Shown piece by piece: positions 40,395 to 49,370 of a stretch of DNA of 64,000 bases; the stretch's first letter is position 1; every line of letters begins with the position of its first letter. Under the pieces are notes generated by a model, which was not told the DNA's origin, ran no database searches, and saw only the letters and a list, made by a program, of their open reading frames with translations. This stretch comes from Nitrospirota bacterium (GTDB lineage: Bacteria; Nitrospirota; 9FT-COMBO-42-15; HDB-SIOI813): assembly GCA_020846775.1 (NCBI GenBank), contig JADLDG010000023.1, positions 211,948 through 275,947 on the forward strand, written 5' to 3'. The position numbers and the translations under genes were made by a program.

Positions 40395-41682
40395 ATTTTC
40401 TCCCTCCCTTGACTATCGTAACAGATATATAAGACACGAAAATAATCCCTCCTATTACCGCCAGTATTGTTCCCACACCCATAATAGTTAGTGACGCAAG
40501 AACAACCGGGTCAGATGTAAAGGCAATGCCATAGGTCTTTCGAGGTGCGCCAAAAGCACCCGAGATAAAGAGCCCAAGGATAAACAGAAACATCCCTCCC
40601 CCATAAATAGCAGGCTGATACCTGGCAAGATGCTCTCCATAAACCCTTTGCCTCATGTCTCTTATAATATAATACGAAAGTCCCATAAGGGCCAATGTCA
40701 GACTTGTCACCGCTCCATGATAGTGGGCAGGAACCCGGAGGTCATTGGCAAAACCACCATATGCGATTGCAATACCAAAGGTATAAATTATCATGGAAAG
40801 CAATAAGGCAACATAGGCCACGCCGAATTCACTCCTCTTAAGATTTCTTATGATATTTGCAATGTGCAGAAAGACCGGAATACCTAATCCCACTGCATAA
40901 GTAATCTCTGCTGCCACTTTAGATGCTTTATTTAACGGATCATAGATAAATTGAAGACCAAAGATAAAGAGCGCCGATAATAAAAGCAATACATTTGCAT
41001 ACCTGAGCAACCGCCATGTACTGAATTCTCCATTATGTTTTCGCAATAAGCTATACCAGGCTATAATTAGCATAGAGCCGTTTAATATCTGCTGAATGTG
41101 ACCCGTGGTCCAGAAAAGTCTCTCAAAAAAGACAAGCGGCTCTGCAGGTCCCCTGTTAAGCAGTATTGAGCAGACCATGGATAATATCATCAAGAGACTG
41201 ATTAACAAAGACATCACTACTGTATTCATAAGGATGTCCTTTGAGAATAAATACCTAATGCTTTTCTTTAAGTACCCTATCGCATTTATTGAGAACCCTG
41301 TAATAAACAAGGCCAGACCAATGAAAAATAGAGGATCAATTATGGTAGGCACGTAGTTGTTTGTGACTACCTTTCCATTACCTGTCACAACAGAAATTGT
41401 CACAAGCAATGGTCCCATGAGTGCGATTTTATGTGATAAACCTCTAAAGCGGATATTATCGCCATTACCCAGGTAAATATCCCACAACACAACTGTAAAT
41501 GACAGAAGCCAGAGTAGTATGGCCAGCACAACATGTCCTGCCAGTGCGTGATACATATAATAAGGCGGAAAGTACTTGTATCCAAACGGAGTCCTGCTCA
41601 TAGCGACCAGAAAGGCAAATCCCCCGCCTATGCCTAAAGATAATATTGCAAGATAGAACCAACCGTATGCAGACTTATTCAT
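40378..41682 (-). CDS. Heme-copper oxidase subunit I-like protein lacking CuB ligands
   Basis: 12-TM-like; MSR (TM1 Arg), AGH (TM2 His), NNYVP, LFWTTGH (TM6 His, no Tyr), VPAHYHG (TM10 HxH), GAPRK; no TM7 HH. Confidence 0.8.
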   Translation of the reverse strand: MNKSAYGWFYLAILSLGIGGGFAFLVAMSRTPFGYKYFPPYYMYHALAGHVVLAILLWLLSFTVVLWDIYLGNGDNIRFRGLSHKIALMGPLLVTISVVTGNGKVVTNNYVPTIIDPLFFIGLALFITGFSINAIGYLKKSIRYLFSKDILMNTVVMSLLISLLMILSMVCSILLNRGPAEPLVFFERLFWTTGHIQQILNGSMLIIAWYSLLRKHNGEFSTWRLLRYANVLLLLSALFIFGLQFIYDPLNKASKVAAEITYAVGLGIPVFLHIANIIRNLKRSEFGVAYVALLLSMIIYTFGIAIAYGGFANDLRVPAHYHGAVTSLTLALMGLSYYIIRDMRQRVYGEHLARYQPAIYGGGMFLFILGLFISGAFGAPRKTYGIAFTSDPVVLASLTIMGVGTILAVIGGIIFVSYISVTIVKGGRKYGLSE

Positions 41683-41782
41683 GGAATAACACCATCGCCA
41701 CTCCTTCAACTTCTCTCAGCCCCAATTCATCATTTCTGATTTTCCCTAACTCATTGCTCATTGCTTCTTCTATTGTTTGCAT
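41675..41782 (-). CDS. 35-aa ORF overlapping start of COX1-like gene (peptide or frameshifted N-terminus)
   Basis: RBS GGAGA + ATG 41782: MQTIEEAMSNELGKIRNDELGLREVEGVAMVLFHE; stop overlaps ATG 41682. Confidence 0.35.
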   Translation of the reverse strand: MQTIEEAMSNELGKIRNDELGLREVEGVAMVLFHE

Positions 41783-41796
41783 GCTTATCTCCTGCA

Positions 41797-42684
41797 TCAT
41801 GCCATATCCAGGATCATTGCAGTAAAAATAACCAATATGTATAGAATAGAAAAGAAAAAAAGAAACATGTCACAATCACGTTTAGACATCATAAATTTAA
41901 CGGCAATTCCAAGATAGTAGATCCCTGCAACTATTGCAATTATAAGATAGATCCAACCTGTCATGCCTGAGATATATGGAGTAATACTCACAACCAGAAG
42001 CAGTGCAGTGTATATGAAAATCCGTATTTTTGTTGACCGGACTCCCTTGGCAACTGGAATTACAGGTATGCGGGCAGACTCATACTGGTCCCTGTACTTG
42101 AGCGCTATACTCAAGGCATGAGGATGCTGCCAAATCGCTGAGATGGCAAACAATATGACAGCAGTCAGATCAATCCTTTGTGTCACCGCTACATAACCTA
42201 TGACTGGCGGGAGTGCACCTGCGATTCCTCCAATCTGGTTTGCATAGGATGAGCGTCGTTTCAGGATTATCGTATAAAGGACAACATAACCAAATACAGC
42301 AGCTCCGGTCAGTGTCGCAGTCATCAAGTTAACATTTGCTGATAAAAACAGTACAGAGAAGACCACCAACAGAATTCCTGTAATTACTGTCTTCCCTGGT
42401 GAAAATGCCTCAACTGCCAATGCCCTGCTCCGGGTCCTCTCCATGATGGCATCAATGTCCCTGTCAACATAATTATTCAGAATTGCTGACCCTGCTGTTG
42501 CCAAAGCAATACCTGTCATGACAGAAATGGTAATCCATATATCCGGCAGTCCCCTGCTGGCAATACACAGACCCGTCAGTGTAGACATCATGACGAGGGA
42601 TACGATGCCTGGTTTGGCAAGGACTAAGTAGTCTCCTATTGCATGGCTTGCTGGAATTGCACTTTCTATCACATATTCTTTCAT
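41797..42684 (-). CDS. ctaB: Protoheme IX farnesyltransferase (heme O synthase)
   Basis: LAKP, NNYVDRDIDAIMERTRSR, GGIAGALPPVIG, WQHPH, Y..DY-type motif; RBS GGGAGG before ATG 42684. Confidence 0.95.
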   Translation of the reverse strand: MKEYVIESAIPASHAIGDYLVLAKPGIVSLVMMSTLTGLCIASRGLPDIWITISVMTGIALATAGSAILNNYVDRDIDAIMERTRSRALAVEAFSPGKTVITGILLVVFSVLFLSANVNLMTATLTGAAVFGYVVLYTIILKRRSSYANQIGGIAGALPPVIGYVAVTQRIDLTAVILFAISAIWQHPHALSIALKYRDQYESARIPVIPVAKGVRSTKIRIFIYTALLLVVSITPYISGMTGWIYLIIAIVAGIYYLGIAVKFMMSKRDCDMFLFFFSILYILVIFTAMILDMA

Positions 42685-42714
42685 ATCTGCCTCCCCGGAC
42701 ACAGCGCGCGTAAC

Positions 42715-42747
42715 CCCATTCCCCCCACTCCCCCCTTGATTAGGGGG
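42715..42747. repeat. G/C-rich REP-like hairpin between ctaA and ctaB
   Basis: CCCCCT-TGATT-AGGGGG (42731-42747) preceded by further C-runs. Confidence 0.5.
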
Positions 42748-42762
42748 CAATTTATCCTGCTG

Positions 42763-43680
42763 CTACCTGCTGCCGGCAACCTGCATATTCCACAGGATGT
42801 CTCTCTTTGAAAACAAAAATGGCGCCGACTGATACGCCAGCCAGCCAAGCAACAGGAATCCTGTGGCGCCATGCAAAATGATAACAGGCAGAAACAAACC
42901 TGTTAAGATTAATGATATACCCAGGACAACCTGCATGATAACCAGACTCATTGTTATTGCTGCAACCCTGATCCCACTGCCCATCTTAATTGCCTTATAC
43001 AACATAAATATAGTAAACAACAGTACAGCACCCGCCGTAACCCTGTGTATAAAGTGCAGGGCTACAGCACCGTTACCAAGGAATGGTATTATCTGTCCCT
43101 GACACAGGGGAAAATCCGGGCAGGCCAGTGAGGCCTTGGAATAACGGACTAATATACCCAGAATTACCTGAAGATATACAAGGCAGAAGAGGAAAAAGGC
43201 ATAGCCCTTTTCTGCGACATTATTGTTGCCGCTTATTTTTCTCAGTGTAAAGATCAGAGATGTCAACACCATCGTTGCAATAATAAGATGTGATGATACG
43301 AGAGCAACCCTGAAGATATTATCAAGATAAGGCGCCTCTGTCAGCACAGTTACGCCGCCAATCAGAACACCGAGAAACAAAAGCCCCAGGATTAATGCAG
43401 TAAGGATGCGGGCTGCCCCCTTATACCTTATCCAGACATACGCTGTAGACATGATCAGCAGCGACCCTGTTAAAGCACCGAGAAGCCTGTGCCCCCACTC
43501 AAACCATATGTGCATCCTGAACGGCGGCCTGACACTGCCATAGCAAAGCGGCCAGTCAGGACAGGCAAGGCCCGAGCCTGTCGAGGTCACGAATGCACCC
43601 ATTATCATAAGAAGATAGAGAAACAAAATAGTTATCCCTATTGGATACGTTGGATTTATTGCTTCTATAATCTTTTTCAT
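42763..43680 (-). CDS. ctaA: Heme A synthase (CtaA/COX15)
   Basis: GSGLACPDWPLC, EWGHRL, H in TM4, ACPDFPLC, HFIHR, LHG. Confidence 0.95.
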   Translation of the reverse strand: MKKIIEAINPTYPIGITILFLYLLMIMGAFVTSTGSGLACPDWPLCYGSVRPPFRMHIWFEWGHRLLGALTGSLLIMSTAYVWIRYKGAARILTALILGLLFLGVLIGGVTVLTEAPYLDNIFRVALVSSHLIIATMVLTSLIFTLRKISGNNNVAEKGYAFFLFCLVYLQVILGILVRYSKASLACPDFPLCQGQIIPFLGNGAVALHFIHRVTAGAVLLFTIFMLYKAIKMGSGIRVAAITMSLVIMQVVLGISLILTGLFLPVIILHGATGFLLLGWLAYQSAPFLFSKRDILWNMQVAGSR

Positions 43681-43696
43681 AAAACCTCCACCTTGT

Positions 43697-43717
43697 CCCT
43701 CCCCTTGAAGGGGAAGG
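43697..43717. repeat. G/C-rich REP-like hairpin between coxA and ctaA
   Basis: CCCTCCCCTT-G-AAGGGGAAGG. Confidence 0.5.
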
Positions 43718-43725
43718 AATTCTCA

Positions 43726-45339
43726 TCATGAATTTCCATATCCATACGGATGCCAGTCTTCAGACAATTCCGGAATTGGGTGGAAATTTCCCGGCGGCGG
43801 AGGAGTCGTAGTCATCCACTCAATTGACCTCGACGACCATGGATTATCATCCGCCTTTTTCCCTGCAGCAAGTCCATGAATCCATGCTATGAGATTAATC
43901 AGAGCGCCCAGACCAATAATGAATGCTCCTATGGTAACTATAAAGTGAAGTCCCTCAAGCTGGGGGAACTGCTGATAATCAAAGTATCTCCTCGGCATGC
44001 CCTTAATTCCGACTATCATCATGGTAAAGAAGGTAACGTTCACCCCAATGAAGGAAATAATAAACCCTGATTTCCCAAGGGTCTCGTTGTACATCTTTCC
44101 GGTCATCTTTGGAAAGAGGTAATATATGCTTCCAAATATAGCAAAGGTAGTTGATACCGCCATTACATAATGAAAGTGCCCTACAATAAAATGCGTATCA
44201 TGAATGGCAAGGTCTATAGCTGTCATTGCATTCGGGATACCGGTCAATCCTCCAATAAGGAACAGAAATATGAATCCGACTGCATATAGCATCGGCGTAG
44301 TATATTGGATAGCGGCCTTATAAAGCGTACCTATAAGACCAATCATTAAGAGACCTACAGGAATGCTGATCATCAGTGTACTTACCATCATCCCAAGCCT
44401 GATCCAGTCGGGCATACCGGAAGTAAAAAGGTGATGTATCCAAACCTCGCCGCTAAGAAGGACGACACCCCCAATACCGCCATAAACCACCATCTTGTAG
44501 TTAAAGACACGATTCTTTGAAAAAGTAGCGACTATTTCATAGATTATCCCCATGGTAGGCAACAGGATTACATACACTGCCGGATGCGAGTAGAACCAGA
44601 ACAGGTTTTGATATAAGAGTACGTCGCCCCCTGCGGATGGATCAAAGAAATGTGTCCCTATATATTTGTCAAAAAGGAGCATCGTAACTGCTGCGGCTAA
44701 AACAGGTATGAAAATCAACTGTAATATAAATGCGCCGAGTGTGCTCCAGACAAAAATATTCAACTTACCCCATGTCAAGCCTGGGGCACGCATATAGATG
44801 ACCGTGGTAATCAGGTTTATTCCTCCTACAATGGATGAAAAACCCATGAGGTGTACGGTAAATACGTAGAAGGCCGTGTTGCCTCCGCTTCTGAGAGAAT
44901 ACGGAGGGTATCCGGTCCACATAATATCCGGTGAGTCAGGAATTACAAAGGTTAGAAGCGCAACAACGATGCCTGCCCAGAATAACCAGAGACTCAGGGC
45001 ATTGAGCCTCGGAAAGGCCATATCCTTTGCCCCTATCATAAGTGGAATAAGATAGTTCGCAAGAAACCCTGTGAGCGCCGGTATCTGAAATGCAAGTATC
45101 ATGGCTGCACCATGAAAATATAACCAGGTATTATATGTCTGTGGGTTTGTAATCGTCGGACCTATAGATCCCAGTTCTATCCTGATAAGTATTGCCATTA
45201 GACCGGCAACAGCAAATGCTGCCAGCGAACCGATTAAATAGAGGATACCAATCCTCTTGTGGTCTATTGTAAAAATCCATTCTTTAAGTGTCTGTCCGTA
45301 ACCAACCTTGTGTGCCATTGAGTGCGATGCTGTACTCAT
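43726..45339 (-). CDS. coxA: Cytochrome c oxidase subunit I, A2-type (YS motif)
   Basis: DHKRIG, FHG, KDMAFPRLN, FWFYSHPAVY, WIHH, HDT, VGHFHY, GMPRRY. Confidence 0.97.
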   Translation of the reverse strand: MSTASHSMAHKVGYGQTLKEWIFTIDHKRIGILYLIGSLAAFAVAGLMAILIRIELGSIGPTITNPQTYNTWLYFHGAAMILAFQIPALTGFLANYLIPLMIGAKDMAFPRLNALSLWLFWAGIVVALLTFVIPDSPDIMWTGYPPYSLRSGGNTAFYVFTVHLMGFSSIVGGINLITTVIYMRAPGLTWGKLNIFVWSTLGAFILQLIFIPVLAAAVTMLLFDKYIGTHFFDPSAGGDVLLYQNLFWFYSHPAVYVILLPTMGIIYEIVATFSKNRVFNYKMVVYGGIGGVVLLSGEVWIHHLFTSGMPDWIRLGMMVSTLMISIPVGLLMIGLIGTLYKAAIQYTTPMLYAVGFIFLFLIGGLTGIPNAMTAIDLAIHDTHFIVGHFHYVMAVSTTFAIFGSIYYLFPKMTGKMYNETLGKSGFIISFIGVNVTFFTMMIVGIKGMPRRYFDYQQFPQLEGLHFIVTIGAFIIGLGALINLIAWIHGLAAGKKADDNPWSSRSIEWMTTTPPPPGNFHPIPELSEDWHPYGYGNS

Positions 45340-45342
45340 GAT

Positions 45343-46089
45343 TTATGCACCCCCTTTCGCTTCTTCTTCAGCTAAAGCTCTTTTCTCATCTTCGATCCAT
45401 TTGTTAAACTCATCCTTAGGCAACGCAATTATTGTCCCCCTCATACTTGAGTGAAGGACACCGCAAAATTCTGCACATGTGATAAGATGTTCACCAGGTT
45501 CTTTCGGGTAGAACCAGAGATAGGTCACCCTGCCAGGCATGAGGTCTTCCTTGACCTTAAAGTCAGGAAGGAAGAAGCTGTGAATGACATCCCGGCTTGT
45601 CATTCGAACAAGAACAGGGGTACCCGCCGGAACCCTTAATTCATTAACCGTCTCCACGCCTTCAGGATATTTGAAGTTCCAGCTCCACATTTGTCCTTCA
45701 AGTTTAACTTCATAGGCATTCTCCGGCACTGTCCTGTAATCATTGAAAAGAGTCCAACCTTCAGCAGCCAGATAAAGATCATCTGCCATAAAGATAAAGG
45801 CGGGAATTAACGCCCATCCAATGGCTGCTGCGATGCTGAGCCTGGGCGGTCTACCCTCCTGCCCTGCATACCTTCTCCTGTATCTGATCAAAAAGTAGAT
45901 CGTAATTCCGGCAAAGATGACTCCGATCACCGTTATGTCAATAAGCATCTCATTGAACAAATGCTGCCACCCTCCGGGAAGATCGGGAATTTTTCCAAAT
46001 CCTCTCACTTCATGCTCCGCATACGATGTAGAAGCTGCCGCAAGCATAAGGAACGAGAGACATATTACATTTATTATTTTCCTGATCAT
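45343..46089 (-). CDS. coxB: Cytochrome c oxidase subunit II (CuA, no fused cytochrome c)
   Basis: GQMWSW, DVIHSF, CAEFCGVLHSSM. Confidence 0.96.
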   Translation of the reverse strand: MIRKIINVICLSFLMLAAASTSYAEHEVRGFGKIPDLPGGWQHLFNEMLIDITVIGVIFAGITIYFLIRYRRRYAGQEGRPPRLSIAAAIGWALIPAFIFMADDLYLAAEGWTLFNDYRTVPENAYEVKLEGQMWSWNFKYPEGVETVNELRVPAGTPVLVRMTSRDVIHSFFLPDFKVKEDLMPGRVTYLWFYPKEPGEHLITCAEFCGVLHSSMRGTIIALPKDEFNKWIEDEKRALAEEEAKGGA

Positions 46090-46922
46090 GGCCTTGCCTC
46101 CTTTCTCTTTCTAAAATAGATGATTGGTGTAAAAATAAAGATCGCACCCAATATAAATGCCCCGACTCCAACAAACAGGGGATAATTCAACGTATATTTT
46201 CCCTCCTTGTAGTTATAGCTGTAGCAAGCCATTGTCAGGAGGTCTATAACTTTTGAATGCCTGTTCCTGTTATACGCCGCTTCTGTAACTGCAAGTTCAA
46301 CATCCTTGCTATCAAGAGGTGACCCGTAGATATAGCGTGCTATCCTGAGATCCGGAGACAAAAATATATAAGCGTACGTATGCAGAAAAGTCCTGTCACG
46401 AGGCGACCAGAAGAATTTATAACCTGCACTCTTTGTCAAAGCTGCGATGTCTTCCTTGTTCTTCATAACAGCTATTTTCCAATAATCACCCTTACTGCCT
46501 CTTATTCCTGTCATTTCAGTAAACACATTCAGTTGACGCAAATCATCTTTTTTATCAAATGAAACTGTCAGTACGTTATAATCTTTTCCCGGAATCAGCC
46601 CGGTTATCCCTGAGAGTGCATCCCTCAAGTGTACGTTGATTGATGGACATGCCCCGTCACATGAAAAATAGGAAAATACAAGGATAAGCGGTTTACCCGA
46701 CATATCTTTGAGTTTGAACTCCTCACCGTCCTTATCCAGCAGAATCAATTCTCCATCCAATCTGGCTCCGAGGTATGCGTCCTCGTCAATCCTCATGATT
46801 GAGGGATCCAAAGTTGACTCAGAGATTGTTCCGCTTTTTGCATATACTGAACGAGCCCCAATCGCAATTAATATAGACAGGATCATGAAAAAGATTAACT
46901 TGTAGTTTTCAGCTCTTAACAT
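46086..46922 (-). CDS. SCO/SenC-family copper chaperone
   Basis: CDGAC (CxxxC), conserved His (FLHT), C-terminal TM; ATGA overlap with coxB. Confidence 0.88.
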   Translation of the reverse strand: MLRAENYKLIFFMILSILIAIGARSVYAKSGTISESTLDPSIMRIDEDAYLGARLDGELILLDKDGEEFKLKDMSGKPLILVFSYFSCDGACPSINVHLRDALSGITGLIPGKDYNVLTVSFDKKDDLRQLNVFTEMTGIRGSKGDYWKIAVMKNKEDIAALTKSAGYKFFWSPRDRTFLHTYAYIFLSPDLRIARYIYGSPLDSKDVELAVTEAAYNRNRHSKVIDLLTMACYSYNYKEGKYTLNYPLFVGVGAFILGAIFIFTPIIYFRKRKEARP

Positions 46923-46936
46923 TAGTACCTCCAGAC

Positions 46937-47767
46937 CTACGACCAGAGATAGACCTGAGTCAAAACAAAAAACCAGATAATATCAACAAAGTGCCAGTAC
47001 ATGGATGCAGACTTAACAAAGGACTTGCTCATCTTCCCCATGAGCGCAGGTATTAGTATGCAAATAAACATTCCTACACCAACCAGTACATGAGAGAAAT
47101 GAAAGCCTGTAATTGTGTAATAGGCAGTGCTGTAGATGTTTGTCTTGAAGTTGAATCCTTCTGTCATCAGATGAGAATACTCATTTATCGTAATCAGCAT
47201 GAAGACTGTTCCAAGTACTATAGTGGCGATCAGCCATGTTAGAAATCCACTTCTGTCTCCCTTTTCCATTCTTACTTCACTGTGATGGATAGTAAAACTT
47301 GATGACACAAGGACAGCTGTCATAATCAGCGGCGTCGTCACAGATATATCCGGTGTGCCTTCAGGCGGCCAGCCTGCAGACTTAAGCCTTACGACCCAAT
47401 AGCCCGCAAAAAAAGCAATAAAGATGAATGCCTCAGCCAATATAAAGAAAGGCATTGCTGTAACAACATACCCAGGCTCATCTTTTTGTCCCACACCTTC
47501 ACTGATCCAGCCTGCTATTGCTATGACTGTAAGCGGCACTCCAATACCAAGCGATAACATTGCCGTTAATGGCCTTGCATAAACGTAATAGAGTGCAAAT
47601 GAAAAGGGTATCAGGAATAAAATCCCGATGACCAGGACAAGGGGCCAAGGGCTTGTCTCCCAGTGGTGACCATGCGCCGGGTCATCCCCATCGGATTGAG
47701 CGTACGATCTACTTTGTACAGCACCTGCCCCCCACGTCACATCCTGACTAATTGTTTGCTTAGACAT
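46937..47767 (-). CDS. coxC: Cytochrome c oxidase subunit III
   Basis: SPWP, LAEAFIF..FF, WPP, SSS, TGFHFSHV, YWHFVDIIW; RBS GGGAGG before ATG 47767. Confidence 0.95.
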   Translation of the reverse strand: MSKQTISQDVTWGAGAVQSRSYAQSDGDDPAHGHHWETSPWPLVLVIGILFLIPFSFALYYVYARPLTAMLSLGIGVPLTVIAIAGWISEGVGQKDEPGYVVTAMPFFILAEAFIFIAFFAGYWVVRLKSAGWPPEGTPDISVTTPLIMTAVLVSSSFTIHHSEVRMEKGDRSGFLTWLIATIVLGTVFMLITINEYSHLMTEGFNFKTNIYSTAYYTITGFHFSHVLVGVGMFICILIPALMGKMSKSFVKSASMYWHFVDIIWFFVLTQVYLWS

Positions 47768-47859
47768 TTTTTTCACCTCCCTTTTAAACTATTAAACTAC
47801 CCTTACCGGACCTATCGGACCTTATATATCCTGTTTCAGTATAAAAAAATGCTGACAGT

Positions 47860-48297
47860 TTATTTCATTAACGATTCTTTCTTAGCTATTGCATCTTTCA
47901 CGAGCTGCTCAAATGAACAACCACCCAGGTAATCAATCAATACCTTCTGGGCGCCAGCCCAAACATCATGCACTGAACAGAACTTATCCCTGTCGCAGTA
48001 ACCCTCATATATAAGACAGTAATTCAGGAATATAGGGCCCTCCATTGCCTCAATCACATCCAGCAGCTTAATATCTTTTGGCTGTCTGGTTAATGCAAAT
48101 CCGCCTTTCTGACCCTTAAACGACTTTACAAATCCTTTTCTAACAAGTAATTGCAGGAGTTTGGCAAGATATGCAGGAGGTGTATCAGTTGATTTGGCAA
48201 TCTCATCTATATCACATAACTTGTCTTCAGAATAGTGGATAGATAAGTGCAGCAACCCTCTTATTGAATATTCAGCAGCCTTGCTTAATCTAAACAT
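47860..48297 (-). CDS. Rrf2-family (IscR-like) Fe-S transcriptional regulator
   Basis: YLAKLLQ.L...G, GQKGGF, C-X6-C-X5-C-X2-H (CLIYEGYCDRDKFCSVH). Confidence 0.93.
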   Translation of the reverse strand: MFRLSKAAEYSIRGLLHLSIHYSEDKLCDIDEIAKSTDTPPAYLAKLLQLLVRKGFVKSFKGQKGGFALTRQPKDIKLLDVIEAMEGPIFLNYCLIYEGYCDRDKFCSVHDVWAGAQKVLIDYLGGCSFEQLVKDAIAKKESLMK

Positions 48298-48308
48298 CAA
48301 CCACCTCT

Positions 48309-48359
48309 ATACAAGACCAGTACAGTCTTGTTTCATACAAGACTATTTATATCCCTTTT
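48309..48359. promoter_or_regulatory. Tandem putative Rrf2 operators
   Basis: ATACAAGAC-N7-GTCTTGTTT (48309-48333) and ATACAAGAC-N7-ATCCCTTTT (48335-48359); second overlaps the rrf2 -10. Confidence 0.65.
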
Positions 48360-48374
48360 CAAAAACCATGTCAA
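48346..48374 (-). promoter_or_regulatory. Sigma70-type promoter of rrf2
   Basis: Minus strand TTGACA (48374-48369)-17nt-TATAAA (48351-48346). Confidence 0.65.
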
Positions 48375-48402
48375 GATCTTTTTTTTTCTTGAAATAATTG
48401 TT

Positions 48403-48431
48403 TTGACAATGAGTAAAAATCAAATTAATAT
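48403..48431 (+). promoter_or_regulatory. Sigma70-type promoter of cytochrome c gene
   Basis: TTGACA-17nt-TAATAT. Confidence 0.65.
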
Positions 48432-48465
48432 ACAACTATTCATGAAGGGAAAGGGGGTGAATTGA

Positions 48466-48795
48466 ATGAAAACACATTTAATTATAGTTATAATCTTAGC
48501 GGCGTTTATTTGTAGTGTTTCGGCTTTTGCTGCAGATGGTTCTAAAGTCTATAAAGAAAAATGCTCATTATGTCATGGCCCTGCAGGAGGTGGTACCCCA
48601 ATGGGACCGTCTTTTAAGGGAAATGAATTCATAACGAAGGGCAAAGCAGCTGATATTAAGATCGTCATTTTGGAAGGACGGTCAGGATCAAATAAGAAAT
48701 ACGCAAAGATCTCTATGGACATGCCTAAGATTTCCATGTCAGACGAAGATGTTCAGGCGCTCATCTCTTACATGCAGGTAGACCTGCAGAAATAA
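48466..48795 (+). CDS. Class I monoheme c-type cytochrome
   Basis: Signal peptide ending AFA, CSLCH, distal Met (MDMP). Confidence 0.93.
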   Translation: MKTHLIIVIILAAFICSVSAFAADGSKVYKEKCSLCHGPAGGGTPMGPSFKGNEFITKGKAADIKIVILEGRSGSNKKYAKISMDMPKISMSDEDVQALISYMQVDLQK

Positions 48796-48822
48796 TTTTT
48801 ATAACATCACGATTATCTTCAC

Positions 48823-48841
48823 AGCCTGAATAGTTCAGGCT
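48823..48841. terminator. Hairpin between convergent cytochrome c and NUDIX genes
   Basis: AGCCTGAA-TAG-TTCAGGCT, 8-bp perfect stem. Confidence 0.5.
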
Positions 48842-48935
48842 TGTCATTTAATGTATCAAACATTCGAATATTCTGAAGTATGATAAATCTATTCTGCAAA
48901 TAAATATGGCCACTGATCACAACAGGGCGAATTAC

Positions 48936-49370
48936 CTACAGCCCTCGCAGTATCTCTCCTGCCTTCTGCAGGATCCCTTTTTCATCCTTGTATTCTGCAA
49001 GTTCGATAGCCTCGTCAAGCGGAAACCACCTGCAGTCAACCACCTCACTATCATGTTCTGTCACATCTCCGCCTGTGCATTCCATTAAAAAGAAATAGAC
49101 GATCTTGAATATACGCTTAGTCTCCTCTTCTTCTTTACTGACATAGAAATAATGTATATTGCCGATCAATTTAATAATCTTTCCATCAAGACCTGTCTCT
49201 TCCCTGACCTCTCTGTGTGCAGTCCTGGCAATGTTCTCACCCTTTTCAACGAGCCCTTTTGGCAGGCACCATACCTTCCCGTCTTTAACCGAAATCAGGG
49301 CAACATACACCTCGCCTTTATCTAATCGAAAAACTACACCGCCTGCAGATATGTGACGCTCTGTTTTCAT
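48936..49370 (-). CDS. NUDIX hydrolase (Ap4A hydrolase-like)
   Basis: SAGGVV, LPKG, Nudix box GENIARTAHREVREETG. Confidence 0.92.
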   Translation of the reverse strand: MKTERHISAGGVVFRLDKGEVYVALISVKDGKVWCLPKGLVEKGENIARTAHREVREETGLDGKIIKLIGNIHYFYVSKEEEETKRIFKIVYFFLMECTGGDVTEHDSEVVDCRWFPLDEAIELAEYKDEKGILQKAGEILRGL

